Made by a program: the position numbers and the translations under genes
From: a virus
Direction: 5' to 3' (one strand)
Length of the DNA: 41,199 nt
Virus record (IMG/VR): IMGVR_UViG_3300027509_000006
Coordinates: 1 to 41,199 of that record
In this document: positions 1 to 9,785 of the stretch, piece after piece
Layout of the letters: each line of letters begins with the position of its first letter
How positions within the stretch are numbered: the stretch's first letter is position 1
Notes under the pieces: generated by a model
Seen by the model: the letters and a program-made list of their open reading frames with translations, nothing else
Told to the model about the DNA's origin: nothing
The model's database searches: none

Positions 1-127
1 GCGGAGGAGGAGGGTCCGCGATTTTGTCTGATAATCAGATAGTTAGGATTAGGTGCTAACCATCCTGCTATCTGTATTCCTTAAGGTCCAAGCCTTCTGT
101 TAGTAATTTACAACATATTACACCGAA
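1..127. repeat. Left copy of a 127-bp exact terminal direct repeat (identical to 41073..41199)
   Basis: Base-by-base comparison shows 1..127 equals 41073..41199. This marks a circularly closed or terminally redundant contig. Confidence 0.95.
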
Positions 128-412
128 AATCAAACTCAGTTAATTAACGAAAATGAAAACCGCGCCCGTGGTTCCATGTGCCTGAGAGGCAGCCTTATCC
201 TTCGTTTCAGCTTTTACATATCTGGAAATCAATATCCTACATATTCAGTTCAGGATAATCGATTTCTGATCATAGCCGACCTGATCCAAGTCCATTGTGC
301 TGACTATTTTCTCATTAATAGATAGAAAATCTATCCCGGAGAAAAGACCCAGCTGCCGTATATATAATTGAATTTTCTTTTTTTTTCTAAGAATCAGAAT
401 AAGATAGAATCG

Positions 413-601
413 GTGGACTTTTGGACTTTAACTTTTAATTTTCTGATTATCAGCCACTTACGCAGTCCAACAAAAGTCCACATCAGTCCAAAAGTCCAAA
501 AGTCCAAATGGACTGAAATCAGTCCACATCAGTCCACCCCAAGTGGACTGCGTAACTCCTTGATTATCAGTACCAAAAAGTGTTAAAGTCCAAAAGTCCA
601 C
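413..601. repeat. Dense AGTCCA/TGGACT hexamer array with nested inverted repeats
   Basis: There are 9 forward AGTCCA copies (464, 475, 485, 493, 501, 521, 531, 587, 595) and 4 reverse TGGACT copies (414, 422, 509, 544). A perfect 17-bp inverted repeat pairs 413..429 with 585..601. A perfect 12-bp inverted repeat pairs 458..469 with 544..555. TGATTATCAG is a direct repeat at 444..453 and 561..570. Confidence 0.9.
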
Positions 602-689
602 TTGAAATGCGAATTCTGGTCGGTAGCTGGTGAAAGTTTCACGTCCTAGCAATAACTGCTGAAATGAGACTTTTTGAGACAAAAAAGCA

Positions 690-1133
690 ATGAAAGTCAT
701 TATTCAGAGATACAAGTCAGATGAAAACCAGACCACTGGAACTCTCACAGTAGTGGATGATAATGGCTGGCCAGTGTTCACCTGTCCTTGCATAGAGCGA
801 GGTGATAGAAATAATCAGAGGAATAATTCATCCATCCCTCCAGGATCCTATCCTCTTGTCTTGGAATATTCACCCAGATTCAATATGGATCTTTTCGAAA
901 TCAAGGATGTGCCTGGCAGATCTGAGTGCAAGATTCATTCTTCTAATTTCTGGCACGAGCTGGAAGGGTGCATTGCTCCAGGAGCCTACCTGAAAAACCT
1001 TGACGGTGATAAGTATCTGGATGTCGCTGCTTCACGTCGAGCGCTTAATGACTTTCACAGAGTAATGGGTGACGTGACAGTCACCACTATACTGATTCTC
1101 AATCCTTACAATTATAGTCCTATTCCCAGCTGA
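690..1133 (+). CDS. DUF5675-like protein, possible cell-wall enzyme/endolysin
   Basis: 147-aa ATG ORF. The pattern GTL...C..IER....IPPGSYPL..EYSPRF....IKDVPGR..CKIHSSN....LEGCIAPG matches my recollection of the DUF5675 family. The family was not searched. The lysis role is inferred from the adjacent membrane protein. Confidence 0.55.
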   Translation: MKVIIQRYKSDENQTTGTLTVVDDNGWPVFTCPCIERGDRNNQRNNSSIPPGSYPLVLEYSPRFNMDLFEIKDVPGRSECKIHSSNFWHELEGCIAPGAYLKNLDGDKYLDVAASRRALNDFHRVMGDVTVTTILILNPYNYSPIPS

Positions 1134-1185
1134 TAAACCCTAGTAGATTGAATTGAAATTCTTTTATCACAATCAAATTATACAT

Positions 1186-1482
1186 ATGAAATTAATGGAT
1201 CGCTTCCTTTTGGAATTGGTTAAGCGCTGGGGAGCAAAGCAGCCCTGGTTCTTCAAAGTCATTTCCATCATAGCTATGGTGGTGGCATTTATCACTGGAG
1301 TGCCAGGACTTCTGGCTCACGTTTGTGAGACTATGGAGATCTGTGTCATTCAGTACTTGCCTGCCGCCTGGACTGTTATCTATTCTAAGGTAGCCTCTAC
1401 TGCAGCCATAGTCGGTGCACTTATCGCAAAGTTTGCCTCTACATCCGAGGACAAAAACGAGAAGAAAATCGCTGATGCATAG
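1186..1482 (+). CDS. Small membrane protein, holin candidate
   Basis: 98 aa from ATG 1186 (the track ORF starts at TTG 1153). It has two hydrophobic helices (ISIIAMVVAFITGVPGLLA and AAWTVIYSKVASTAAIVGALIA) and a charged C-terminus SEDKNEKKIADA. It lies next to the putative wall enzyme. Confidence 0.45.
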   Translation: MKLMDRFLLELVKRWGAKQPWFFKVISIIAMVVAFITGVPGLLAHVCETMEICVIQYLPAAWTVIYSKVASTAAIVGALIAKFASTSEDKNEKKIADA

Positions 1483-2245
1483 CATTAAAATCACCAGTGT
1501 CAAAAAAACTATGCAGTTCAATCTGCCTGAGAGTTGGGAGGAAGTACCTCCCAACTTATTACCATTCATATGCCAGGCTCTGATCAGTTGTGAGGAAGAT
1601 GATGAAGCCAGAGACATCATCTTATTCAAGCTTCTCAAGAAACTGAGCAAGCGAGACTACAACTTGCTGAGCATCGGCCAGAAATATGATCTCCTTACTT
1701 GTATAGATTGGATGAGTATGATCGGATTACGGTCTCAGCTATTTCTATCATTCAAGCCCAGTTGGTCTTTGCCTCAGAGTCAATTCAAGGACGGGACTTG
1801 CTTTGAATTTGCAAAGGCTGATTTCTATTTCAAGCGTTTTCAAGAATCTCAGGACGTCAAAGATCTGGATCTATTCTTTGCAGTACTAGCTCGACACAAA
1901 AACCAGCCAATTGACGGAGATAATGCTGATAAAGAGCTGAAATGGAAGGTCAAGAAACTTAGAAAGGTGCCAACTTATATCAAAATAGTCACGCTGGCCT
2001 ACTTCGCAGGGATCAAATCACTCATCCACGAGCTCTACGGTGAGTATCTTTTCGACTCACCGATCGCAAATGCTGAAGGATACCAAGCCAAAATAAAACT
2101 GGAATGGTGGGGATTGTTTTTCTCCGTGGCTGAAACTGGTGTTTTCGGAGATATTCACGGAGTTCACGCCTATAATTTGCACGATGTCTGTGCCTTTTTG
2201 TGCAAAAAGAAAGAGGAACATCTGGCACAAATGCTCAAAAAATAA
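1475..2245 (+). CDS. Hypothetical protein (late block)
   Basis: The ORF is in frame from 1415. ATG 1475 overlaps the upstream stop (ATGCATAG), and ATG 1511 is an alternative start. No motif recognised. Confidence 0.6.
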   Translation: MHSIKITSVKKTMQFNLPESWEEVPPNLLPFICQALISCEEDDEARDIILFKLLKKLSKRDYNLLSIGQKYDLLTCIDWMSMIGLRSQLFLSFKPSWSLPQSQFKDGTCFEFAKADFYFKRFQESQDVKDLDLFFAVLARHKNQPIDGDNADKELKWKVKKLRKVPTYIKIVTLAYFAGIKSLIHELYGEYLFDSPIANAEGYQAKIKLEWWGLFFSVAETGVFGDIHGVHAYNLHDVCAFLCKKKEEHLAQMLKK

Positions 2246-2247
2246 CG

Positions 2248-3009
2248 ATGATATATTCTGACCAGATAAGAGACCTACTCGAAAGAGTTGCAATCGAGCA
2301 CAAGGACATCCAGGATTTCTATTTTGGAGATTCAGATGAAATTCTAGGTGCTGAAAGAAACAACATAAAATATCCAGCATTCTGGCTGGAGTCACCTGAA
2401 ATCTCATTCCCGAATGATCAGGATTCTATAGTCGAGGAATATACTGTCACCTGGGTAGTCCTGACCAATTCATCCAAGGATGACACAGAGCGAATGAGAT
2501 ATAATAAGTCGATGACTGAAAGAATCTCTAAGGAAATCATTCTCAAGCTGAAATGCTCTCAGCAATCCGAAGATTATAGCTTGCTTTTCCAGCGGACAAA
2601 TATGTATCCGCTGGATAATCTGAATAATGACAACGATCAAGGCTGGCGAGTCGAGATGACAATCAGACCTATCTCATCTGACTACTCATTCTCATCATCT
2701 TTCGAGCAGATCTTTCCTCCTGGAATGAATGTCGGATTCAATTGGTCTAAAGATGAAGACACTGTCACAATAGAGAACACTGTCAAGCCTTCCCTCGATG
2801 CCTTCGACTCCTACAAGTGGACCTTTATCGACGATGGAGAAACCACAGAAATAACTGATAATGAAAATCCAGATTTCCCGACCACCTCTGATGGCTTTTA
2901 CATCCAGTTAGATGTCACCATCAATGGCCACACTCGCACAGCGTCAGGCCACACAAAAAACGGCCAGTCAGGCCACTCCTTTCCATTCATTTACAACCCA
3001 TTCAGATAG
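2248..3009 (+). CDS. Hypothetical virion-associated protein
   Basis: ATG 2248 lies 2 nt after the upstream stop, so the track start at 2200 is rejected. Tightly packed with the downstream tail/baseplate-size genes. Confidence 0.6.
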   Translation: MIYSDQIRDLLERVAIEHKDIQDFYFGDSDEILGAERNNIKYPAFWLESPEISFPNDQDSIVEEYTVTWVVLTNSSKDDTERMRYNKSMTERISKEIILKLKCSQQSEDYSLLFQRTNMYPLDNLNNDNDQGWRVEMTIRPISSDYSFSSSFEQIFPPGMNVGFNWSKDEDTVTIENTVKPSLDAFDSYKWTFIDDGETTEITDNENPDFPTTSDGFYIQLDVTINGHTRTASGHTKNGQSGHSFPFIYNPFR

Positions 3010-4203
3010 ATGGCTGCACCTACTCTAATACTAACACCCAGGGAATTGAATTTCTCAAAGGATGATATGTTCGTCGTCATAGAGTCTGACAAGTACGACG
3101 GATCCACCGCACCCTACGCTCCCACACATCCTAATCTCAGCTGTTACGTCGAAGTATGGGAATATGACCGGATAGAAGACAATGAAACGAAACTGGTCAC
3201 ACTCAATGTCCCATACGACCACTACACTAAGCGAGCAACCCTGGATATCAGCGGCTTAGTGGATCTGAAACCAGGGGTCCCCTCTCCCACAATTTCCCAC
3301 GGCCATTCTACCACTGCCAGCACCGCTATATTCTTCAAATTCGCTGACCAGTGGGGAACCCCTCTACTGCCTGGAGATCTATCTCGGTCTGATAATGGTG
3401 AGAAGTATTTCAATATCATCCACGGCTCTGCCCTCCAGTATCTCAAAGACTACACGAATAACAACGGTATTCCCTTGTTTTCATACAAAAACTTTGATGG
3501 AACCTACCGTCAGAAAAAACTAACCAAGACACAACCAGAATGGCTCTACTTCTACCCGACTGGCGGTGGTGAGCTGACACTGAATATTCAGCAAACCATA
3601 ATTTTTGCTGATGGTACCACATTCACTTCTGATCAAGATATTACAGCTCAAGGATCTCAGGTCAACTGGATTTCTGTCAGCTATGATGATGTAGCCGCAG
3701 CCGCCACCAAGGAAGTTGCCAGCTATAATATCACAGTCAGAAAAGCAGCTGATCCGTCTGGATTTTTTACGATAGCTCAGCAGTCTTTCATCTTGGATGA
3801 GTGCACGGACAATGACAAGTATCTATGCATAGATAACGGACTCGGTGGAATAGAGACAGTCAGAATGCCCGGTGAATCATCAGAAGACTTTCAGGTCACC
3901 AATGAGGAATTCACGCAGGCGGACTGGGGTGCAGCTTCTGTGAGAAGCTTTCACAATGCCAGAGGCGTGCAAATCTATAAGTTTGCTTCTGGATATATGA
4001 CAGAAGCTGAAGCCTACCACCTCAGGCAGCTGCTGATGGCTCAGACCTGGTACTACTATAGAGGTGATTTTGTAAGCATATTGCCCACAACCAGTGAGAT
4101 CAAAGACGTGAAAAATACTGAGGCGTTTCTATTTTTTGTAGAAATGAATTATGAAGGAACAGAATATCTGAAATCAGCCAACACCGTCCATATTAAGCAA
4201 TGA
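3010..4203 (+). CDS. Putative tail/baseplate structural protein
   Basis: 397-aa ORF that abuts the previous stop and overlaps the next gene by 4 nt. The structural role is inferred only from position and size. Confidence 0.55.
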   Translation: MAAPTLILTPRELNFSKDDMFVVIESDKYDGSTAPYAPTHPNLSCYVEVWEYDRIEDNETKLVTLNVPYDHYTKRATLDISGLVDLKPGVPSPTISHGHSTTASTAIFFKFADQWGTPLLPGDLSRSDNGEKYFNIIHGSALQYLKDYTNNNGIPLFSYKNFDGTYRQKKLTKTQPEWLYFYPTGGGELTLNIQQTIIFADGTTFTSDQDITAQGSQVNWISVSYDDVAAAATKEVASYNITVRKAADPSGFFTIAQQSFILDECTDNDKYLCIDNGLGGIETVRMPGESSEDFQVTNEEFTQADWGAASVRSFHNARGVQIYKFASGYMTEAEAYHLRQLLMAQTWYYYRGDFVSILPTTSEIKDVKNTEAFLFFVEMNYEGTEYLKSANTVHIKQ

Positions 4204-5903
4204 TCAGCATCAATATTTTCGGAAGTAGCCTGGATCTCTATCCTGATACCAGTGTCGAGTTCATTCTGAATTCCCCGTTGTTTGTCGGTGGAGATATCAC
4301 AAAGGTCTCAGGCTCTTACACCCTGCCCATTAATGTTCCGCTCACCTCAGCCAACAAAAAGACACTGAGGTATCCATCCAGAGTGGATAATGCAGCTTTG
4401 CAGATATATGATGAGCCCTGTCAGATATATTTCCAAGGCAAACCACTATTTCAAGGTCTAGCAACCATCCAGTCAAGCAGCAAAAGCACTAAGAGCAAAT
4501 ATGCCAGACTATACGTACTCATTGAAAGCTTCACTGAGATAAAAAATCTCAAATTGAATGAGCTGGATCTTGGTGTACACGAGTTTGCAGACTTAGCAGC
4601 TATCCTGGCACACGCCAAGGACACAGCCCTCAACCCTCTCACACATACCCACGCTTTTTTTCCTGTTGCTAATTCCCTGATGACTCAAGACATCACCTTC
4701 CCGGATGGCACGCCTGATGACCTGGAAGGAAAAAAATTCATCAATTACTATGATGTGGCGACTGATTCATTTGTTTCTGATCCCTTACAGCGCTCAGCAG
4801 CGCCATTCATCAGATTGGATTACATACTAGAAAAAATAGCTGAGGCCACTGGACTCAGTTTTGAGAATTTATTTCAGAATACTGACGAACTGAAATCATT
4901 GTATGTGTACAACGATGTCAGCATCTATGATGAAGACTTTGAAGATGATGATCCGACTTTGGGTCCGCATTGGAATCTTGATTTTGATCTTTCTGATCAT
5001 GTCCCCAATTTATCAGTTTCAGAATGGCTGAAAAGAATATCGAGATGGTTTTGCATTGCACTGCTTCCAGATGTCAAGCAAGGAAAACTTGAATTGATTT
5101 CTCTGAAGGATATTATCACTGCTCCACATTCAGCAGATTGGAGTGCTTATCTATCTGATGAAATAGGAAGTTCCACTCCGATGGATTTCCCTTCCAGCCT
5201 GGGCTATGAATCCAGCAAGGATGAAATGTTTACGAGATTTCCCTTTTTGAATTATTATTCATTCACAATCAGTGGAGTTCCTGATGAAGTAGATACTAGA
5301 GATGATGCTGATACTCCTGGATGGTATTATGTGAACTCGATTAACTATTACTTACAAAGATTATCTGGAGGAGCTTCAGCAAGAAAATTCGGAAGGTCTA
5401 AGAAAATGATGAGACAGATATCTTTGAATGAAAATGGTCAACCTTTTCTATTTAGTAGCTCTCCATTATTCATGACAACTACCAAGTTGTCAGAAACAAT
5501 AACATATGTACCTGAAGCGAGAACCGCACCTGGCACTAATGATGAGATAAGGCTCATGTTCTACAGAGGGCTGCAAAGTGATGCTGATGGAAACACATAT
5601 CCTTTTGCTTCTAATACCATATACGATCCCAAAGAGGATGTTATTCCAGGCGCTCAGCAATCCCTCCTCTGGAACGGCCCACACGGAATGTTCGAGAATC
5701 ACTGGAAAGAGTGGGCCAACTTCCTCCAAAACAAGAAAAATGTGAAAACTTCACTGAATTTACCTATTAGAGAAATTCTTAATATGAAGTGGAAAAACAA
5801 GGTCTCTATCCGAAACAATCAATACCTTGTGAAACAATTGAGAGTGATTCTGACGAACCAAGGATTGAAGCCCTGTCCCGCTGAATTAGTAACAGTTTTA
5901 TGA
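4200..5903 (+). CDS. Putative tail/baseplate structural protein
   Basis: 567-aa ORF with ATGA-type coupling at both ends. The role is inferred from position. Confidence 0.55.
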   Translation: MISINIFGSSLDLYPDTSVEFILNSPLFVGGDITKVSGSYTLPINVPLTSANKKTLRYPSRVDNAALQIYDEPCQIYFQGKPLFQGLATIQSSSKSTKSKYARLYVLIESFTEIKNLKLNELDLGVHEFADLAAILAHAKDTALNPLTHTHAFFPVANSLMTQDITFPDGTPDDLEGKKFINYYDVATDSFVSDPLQRSAAPFIRLDYILEKIAEATGLSFENLFQNTDELKSLYVYNDVSIYDEDFEDDDPTLGPHWNLDFDLSDHVPNLSVSEWLKRISRWFCIALLPDVKQGKLELISLKDIITAPHSADWSAYLSDEIGSSTPMDFPSSLGYESSKDEMFTRFPFLNYYSFTISGVPDEVDTRDDADTPGWYYVNSINYYLQRLSGGASARKFGRSKKMMRQISLNENGQPFLFSSSPLFMTTTKLSETITYVPEARTAPGTNDEIRLMFYRGLQSDADGNTYPFASNTIYDPKEDVIPGAQQSLLWNGPHGMFENHWKEWANFLQNKKNVKTSLNLPIREILNMKWKNKVSIRNNQYLVKQLRVILTNQGLKPCPAELVTVL

Positions 5904-6715
5904 TCATAGAAATATCGATTTCAACTCTCTCAAAAAAAATACTAGAAAAAGAATACGGCTCACTTGTCAAAGTGAATAAGAGAAGCGTTCTTTTTCCTAT
6001 GCTCTATGCTCCCAGCTCCACGCAGCACCTACCACACCTCACCACGCTCCATTCTTTTCAGTTCAAGGACATCAATGTCAAAAAGAAAAGAGATGCTTTC
6101 CTTAAAGCTTGCGAGCATGGCGGTGGCGCTCTTCATCGGTATCATCTTGACAAGATGGAGACTTTTGTACTTGCACAAGTGCAGCGTGGAGCTGAGGGAA
6201 AAGAATCCATCCGCGCTTTCTTTTCTTACTACGATCTGGATGATGAAGACTATGATATGGATTCTGCATACCGCAGATTATCGAGGGCTAAGAAAAACGG
6301 CAAGCAGTCTGATTTTTTCAACAAAAAAAAGAACCAAGCCGTCTCTAAGTATTGTCGAATATATCACCAGAATGGAGTATTGGAATTGCTGCTGGGATAT
6401 TTCACCTCAAATTACTTTGATGCCTTCGTTGCCCAGCGTGGATTTGTATTATCAAAACGGATGAATCAAGCACGCTGTTGGATATATTATCATATCGGAG
6501 GTCGCAGTATAGATGAGATAAGTCAATTGCTTACTATATCCGAGAGAAGTGTCTACAGGCATATAGAACGTATTAATACACTAGTTAATCAGAAACGTCT
6601 GTTTCCTTTTCCCTCATTGGAATTGATTCCCATAATTGAAGATCCACAGAGGAGCGAAATAAAATCACACTTTCATCAATGGCGTCATCTGCTACGCCAT
6701 AAAGGTGCTCACTAG
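5900..6715 (+). CDS. HTH-containing protein embedded in the tail gene block (sigma region 4 / LuxR-like C-terminal HTH)
   Basis: 271 aa. The C-terminal segment GGRSIDEISQLLTISERSVYRHIERINTLV has the pattern of a sigma-70 region 4 / GerE-type helix-turn-helix. Confidence 0.5.
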   Translation: MIIEISISTLSKKILEKEYGSLVKVNKRSVLFPMLYAPSSTQHLPHLTTLHSFQFKDINVKKKRDAFLKACEHGGGALHRYHLDKMETFVLAQVQRGAEGKESIRAFFSYYDLDDEDYDMDSAYRRLSRAKKNGKQSDFFNKKKNQAVSKYCRIYHQNGVLELLLGYFTSNYFDAFVAQRGFVLSKRMNQARCWIYYHIGGRSIDEISQLLTISERSVYRHIERINTLVNQKRLFPFPSLELIPIIEDPQRSEIKSHFHQWRHLLRHKGAH

Positions 6716-6741
6716 TCCTATCTACTGATTGCCAGTAAGGA

Positions 6742-6749
6742 TAAGTTTG
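6742..6749 (+). promoter_or_regulatory. TAAGTTTG, exact match to the Bacteroidota -7 promoter consensus TAnnTTTG
   Basis: Lies in the 38-bp gap between the HTH gene and the next gene, ending 4 nt before ATG 6754. That spacing would imply a near-leaderless transcript. Confidence 0.3.
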
Positions 6750-6753
6750 CTAT

Positions 6754-7689
6754 ATGTCCTTACAGCTTAAGCCTATCCCACGTGTATGCAGCTCTACTGC
6801 AGCAGTAAGAAAAATCACACTTACTCCTGATAATAATATCCAGCTCATCTCTGGAAACCTATCTGTAATAGATCAGACGAAAGTATTCTCCATCTATTTC
6901 AGAAGCGAGTCAGGCCAGTTCAAAGAAACTTCCAGACGTTCTAAGTTTGGAATGTACGTGGATCAGGCGCTCAGCTTCTTCACGCCTAAGAAGCGTTTCG
7001 ATGTGGAATATATCATCACGCAGCTGAGTAACCACAGATGTGCAGTCGTCGTCACGGACTGGTCTGGAAATATAGAATACCTTCAGAAATCCAGGATGAG
7101 CTATGTCTATGATTCTGGCGCCTTGAGATCTGCCAGGAATGGCTATGCTTTTTCTTTCGCAGCTCAGACACTTAAGAAAAACAAGCTCGATCTCAGCAGC
7201 CTCATAGGTACAGAAATAGAACCCGGAGATCCGAATGAATTTCCCCAGGCACCAGTACCCATTCCGCCACAAGATGATCCGCCTGCCAGCAATAATGGAC
7301 CGGGTTTCTATGTGGAAATAAATCCAGTAATTCTGGACGCTGCTCCACCAGCAACTGGTAACACGACGAATCTCTACACCTTCGTCATAGCACCGAGTAA
7401 TGAAAAATACTTCATAGACAGAAGCGGAAATTCTTTCAATCTCGGAGGTGGAGACATCCCTCTATACCATCAGGAATTCACCTCCTCTGATTTTACAGGC
7501 AATACTATTACTGTAACGGTGGAAGATCTGCCAGCTGAAGATAAATACATCAAAGTCTTCCTGAATGGCATCAAAATAGAATATTTCTCTGGACCTCTGG
7601 GACAATTGCAGTATAGTCGGAATGGGCAAGACCTCACCTTCTATAAGCTTACCTTAAGATCAAGAGTCAATATTTATTTTTCAATATAG
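6754..7689 (+). CDS. Putative tail fibre/baseplate-associated protein
   Basis: 311 aa with a proline-rich linker (PQAPVPIPPQDDPPASNNGPG) separating two domains. It lies directly upstream of the fibre-like genes. Confidence 0.5.
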   Translation: MSLQLKPIPRVCSSTAAVRKITLTPDNNIQLISGNLSVIDQTKVFSIYFRSESGQFKETSRRSKFGMYVDQALSFFTPKKRFDVEYIITQLSNHRCAVVVTDWSGNIEYLQKSRMSYVYDSGALRSARNGYAFSFAAQTLKKNKLDLSSLIGTEIEPGDPNEFPQAPVPIPPQDDPPASNNGPGFYVEINPVILDAAPPATGNTTNLYTFVIAPSNEKYFIDRSGNSFNLGGGDIPLYHQEFTSSDFTGNTITVTVEDLPAEDKYIKVFLNGIKIEYFSGPLGQLQYSRNGQDLTFYKLTLRSRVNIYFSI

Positions 7690-7700
7690 ACTTCAATGAA

Positions 7701-8171
7701 ATGAAACAACTACTTATCTTCTTTTCTCTCATATTCAGCCTCACAATGCAGGCTCAGGTTGAAGACTGGCAACTCGAATTCGCGCCTGACTCTAACTATA
7801 TCAAGGTGTCTGATACTGCGGGACAATTCACTACAGTACGAGCACTGGACTGGATCAAGAATATAGAAACGGCCACTCATATCTCTTATGATACAACCAC
7901 TTACATTCTGACTTATCAAACAGAATCTGGAGTCACACAGACTTCTGATTTCTCTAGTCTAGCGCTGCCCTCTGGTGGCACATCTGGCTGGGTATTGAGC
8001 ACAGATGGAGCTGGAAATTACTCTTGGGTAGAACCTTATCACATTCGGGGCACATTCTTGAATGATGCCGATGCAGGAGCTAATGGTTGTCCAGTCGGTG
8101 GATTATATGAATTAGATGTTGAGAATACTCACGGAGAAAGTGTGGGTAGTCTAAGAATAAGAAAATTTTAA
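7701..8171 (+). CDS. Small fibre-region protein with a signal-peptide-like N-terminus
   Basis: The N-terminus MKQLLIFFSLIFSLTMQAQ is signal-peptide-like. The C-terminal 38 aa align without gaps to the C-terminus of the 9786..11012 product. Confidence 0.6.
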   Translation: MKQLLIFFSLIFSLTMQAQVEDWQLEFAPDSNYIKVSDTAGQFTTVRALDWIKNIETATHISYDTTTYILTYQTESGVTQTSDFSSLALPSGGTSGWVLSTDGAGNYSWVEPYHIRGTFLNDADAGANGCPVGGLYELDVENTHGESVGSLRIRKF

Positions 8172-8179
8172 AATCAAAT

Positions 8180-9760
8180 ATGAAAAGCATTTCAACAGCA
8201 CTACTTTTATTGCTAACATTAATCAGCTCAGCAACAACTTATTATGTATCAGACTCAGGAGACGATACAAATGACGGACTCACACTAGCAACAGCATTCG
8301 CTACACTGTCACAATCATCAAGCGTAGCAACTAGTGGAGATGATGTAATAGTATCAGGAGCGCACACTATCACTGCTGCTGTAAATTATGTAGATGGAGT
8401 TGATCTGACAGGAAGTGGAGCAACAACGGTAACTGTAAATATCTCAGGTGACTGGCAGTATGGAATAGGATTATCAACGATAATAGATACAACTACAGTA
8501 GGGAATACTGTATCAAATATAACATTTAAGGGTGGAGGTACTCAGTGGGGGTGTTTAGCATGGAGAGGTAGAAATAACATAGTGATAGATAACTGTATAT
8601 TCAACGATTTCAGAGGTAACGTTAATCAAGGATTTGGTGACTACACTGGATTAAATACGTACCCAGTAAACTTTGTCACGGGCCATGTCATATCTAACTG
8701 CACATTCAATACCTGCACAGAATTAACGTTAGGAGGATGGCATTCGGGATGTATCAACTACGGAGATACAGACGGTATGGAAATGTTCAACAACACATTC
8801 AATTTTGATAAGGTGAACGGTCAGAACGGTTATGCATTCAAGCACGGTCAGAACGGCTACAATAAGAACACACTGATTAGGAACAACTTCGCATACAAAC
8901 CACCGTCGAACAACCTTACTAATAACTGGAACTTCATAGTAGAGCTGTGGTTCGATTTGGGAGGTACGGTGATCAGAGACAACTATTTTGAGGGAAGCGT
9001 AGATGCTAATCATGTACTGAACACAACCGGTACATTTGGATTAGACCTGCGAGACAATACATTGGGATATCCATCAAAATATGATGGTTCTGATGGTGCC
9101 AATCTAAATGCAGCAGTGTATCTGGAACATGACATAGAAGACGTCTATATACGAAGAAACTTAATGCTAAATCAAGAGGCTGGTGTACGATTCTCACCTA
9201 GAGATAGCTTAGTGAAGAACATAAATATTCATCACAATATAGCTGTAATAGGAAATAGTGACGGAGATGCACAATGCACGTTTATGGATTGGTCATCACC
9301 ATCAAAGTTTAATTCAGAAGATATCAACGTGATAAATAACACAATACTAGGTACTGATGCTGACTACGGCCTTAACCTACAAATAGATACTTTGAATGGA
9401 GCAGAGATAGTAAATAATATATTCTCAGGATTTGACCAATGTGGAGTAAGATTGCAAGGAGATCAGATGGATGGAGTCAATATAGAAAGTAATGATGTAT
9501 TCAACGTGGCAACAGTTCATATAAATAACGGGACGACACTAACCAACTTCACGGAGATAAACAATATAGGGGTAGACCCATTACTAAGTTCTGTTTATAC
9601 TCCACTTGCATCTTCGCCATTATTGGATGAAGGAAAGACAACAATATATTTAACAGATTATCGCAGAAACCCACTTAACGGACAAGTAGACATAGGAGCA
9701 ATTGAATTGCAATCAGCTATCGCCAACCAGGTGAGGTTTTATTTAAGAATAGAAAATTAA
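8180..9760 (+). CDS. Right-handed parallel beta-helix (pectate-lyase-fold) protein, putative polysaccharide depolymerase/tailspike
   Basis: The start after the hydrophobic leader is YYVSDSGDDTNDGLTLATAFATL. Many beta-helix rung motifs occur (IDNCIF, ISNCTF, FNNTF, IRNNF, IRDNYF, LRDNTL, IHHNIA, INNTIL, VNNIF, IESNDVF). The C-terminal DIGAIEL motif is typical of this fold. Confidence 0.8.
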   Translation: MKSISTALLLLLTLISSATTYYVSDSGDDTNDGLTLATAFATLSQSSSVATSGDDVIVSGAHTITAAVNYVDGVDLTGSGATTVTVNISGDWQYGIGLSTIIDTTTVGNTVSNITFKGGGTQWGCLAWRGRNNIVIDNCIFNDFRGNVNQGFGDYTGLNTYPVNFVTGHVISNCTFNTCTELTLGGWHSGCINYGDTDGMEMFNNTFNFDKVNGQNGYAFKHGQNGYNKNTLIRNNFAYKPPSNNLTNNWNFIVELWFDLGGTVIRDNYFEGSVDANHVLNTTGTFGLDLRDNTLGYPSKYDGSDGANLNAAVYLEHDIEDVYIRRNLMLNQEAGVRFSPRDSLVKNINIHHNIAVIGNSDGDAQCTFMDWSSPSKFNSEDINVINNTILGTDADYGLNLQIDTLNGAEIVNNIFSGFDQCGVRLQGDQMDGVNIESNDVFNVATVHINNGTTLTNFTEINNIGVDPLLSSVYTPLASSPLLDEGKTTIYLTDYRRNPLNGQVDIGAIELQSAIANQVRFYLRIEN

Positions 9761-9785
9761 TTTTAAATCAACAAAAAAAAAAGAA

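Noticed and set aside
1-412. A tRNA gene or tRNA-derived attP core in the non-coding DNA by the integrase
   Set aside because: I saw no cloverleaf-compatible sequence or GTTCRANYC-type T-loop by eye. I cannot exclude a short tRNA 3' fragment without comparison to host genomes.
413-601. The possibility that the hexamer array is a CRISPR array
   Set aside because: The repeat unit is only 6-9 nt, spacing is 7-30 nt with no unique spacers of CRISPR length, both orientations are mixed, and there are no cas genes.
368-700. Track ORFs 368..586 (+, TTG start) and 458..700 (-) in the region upstream of the first late gene
   Set aside because: Both simply translate the AGTCCA repeat array, giving low-complexity peptides such as KVQKSK and GLLDFWT. 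They overlap each other on opposite strands, and the + one has a non-ATG start. They are better explained as non-coding repeat DNA.
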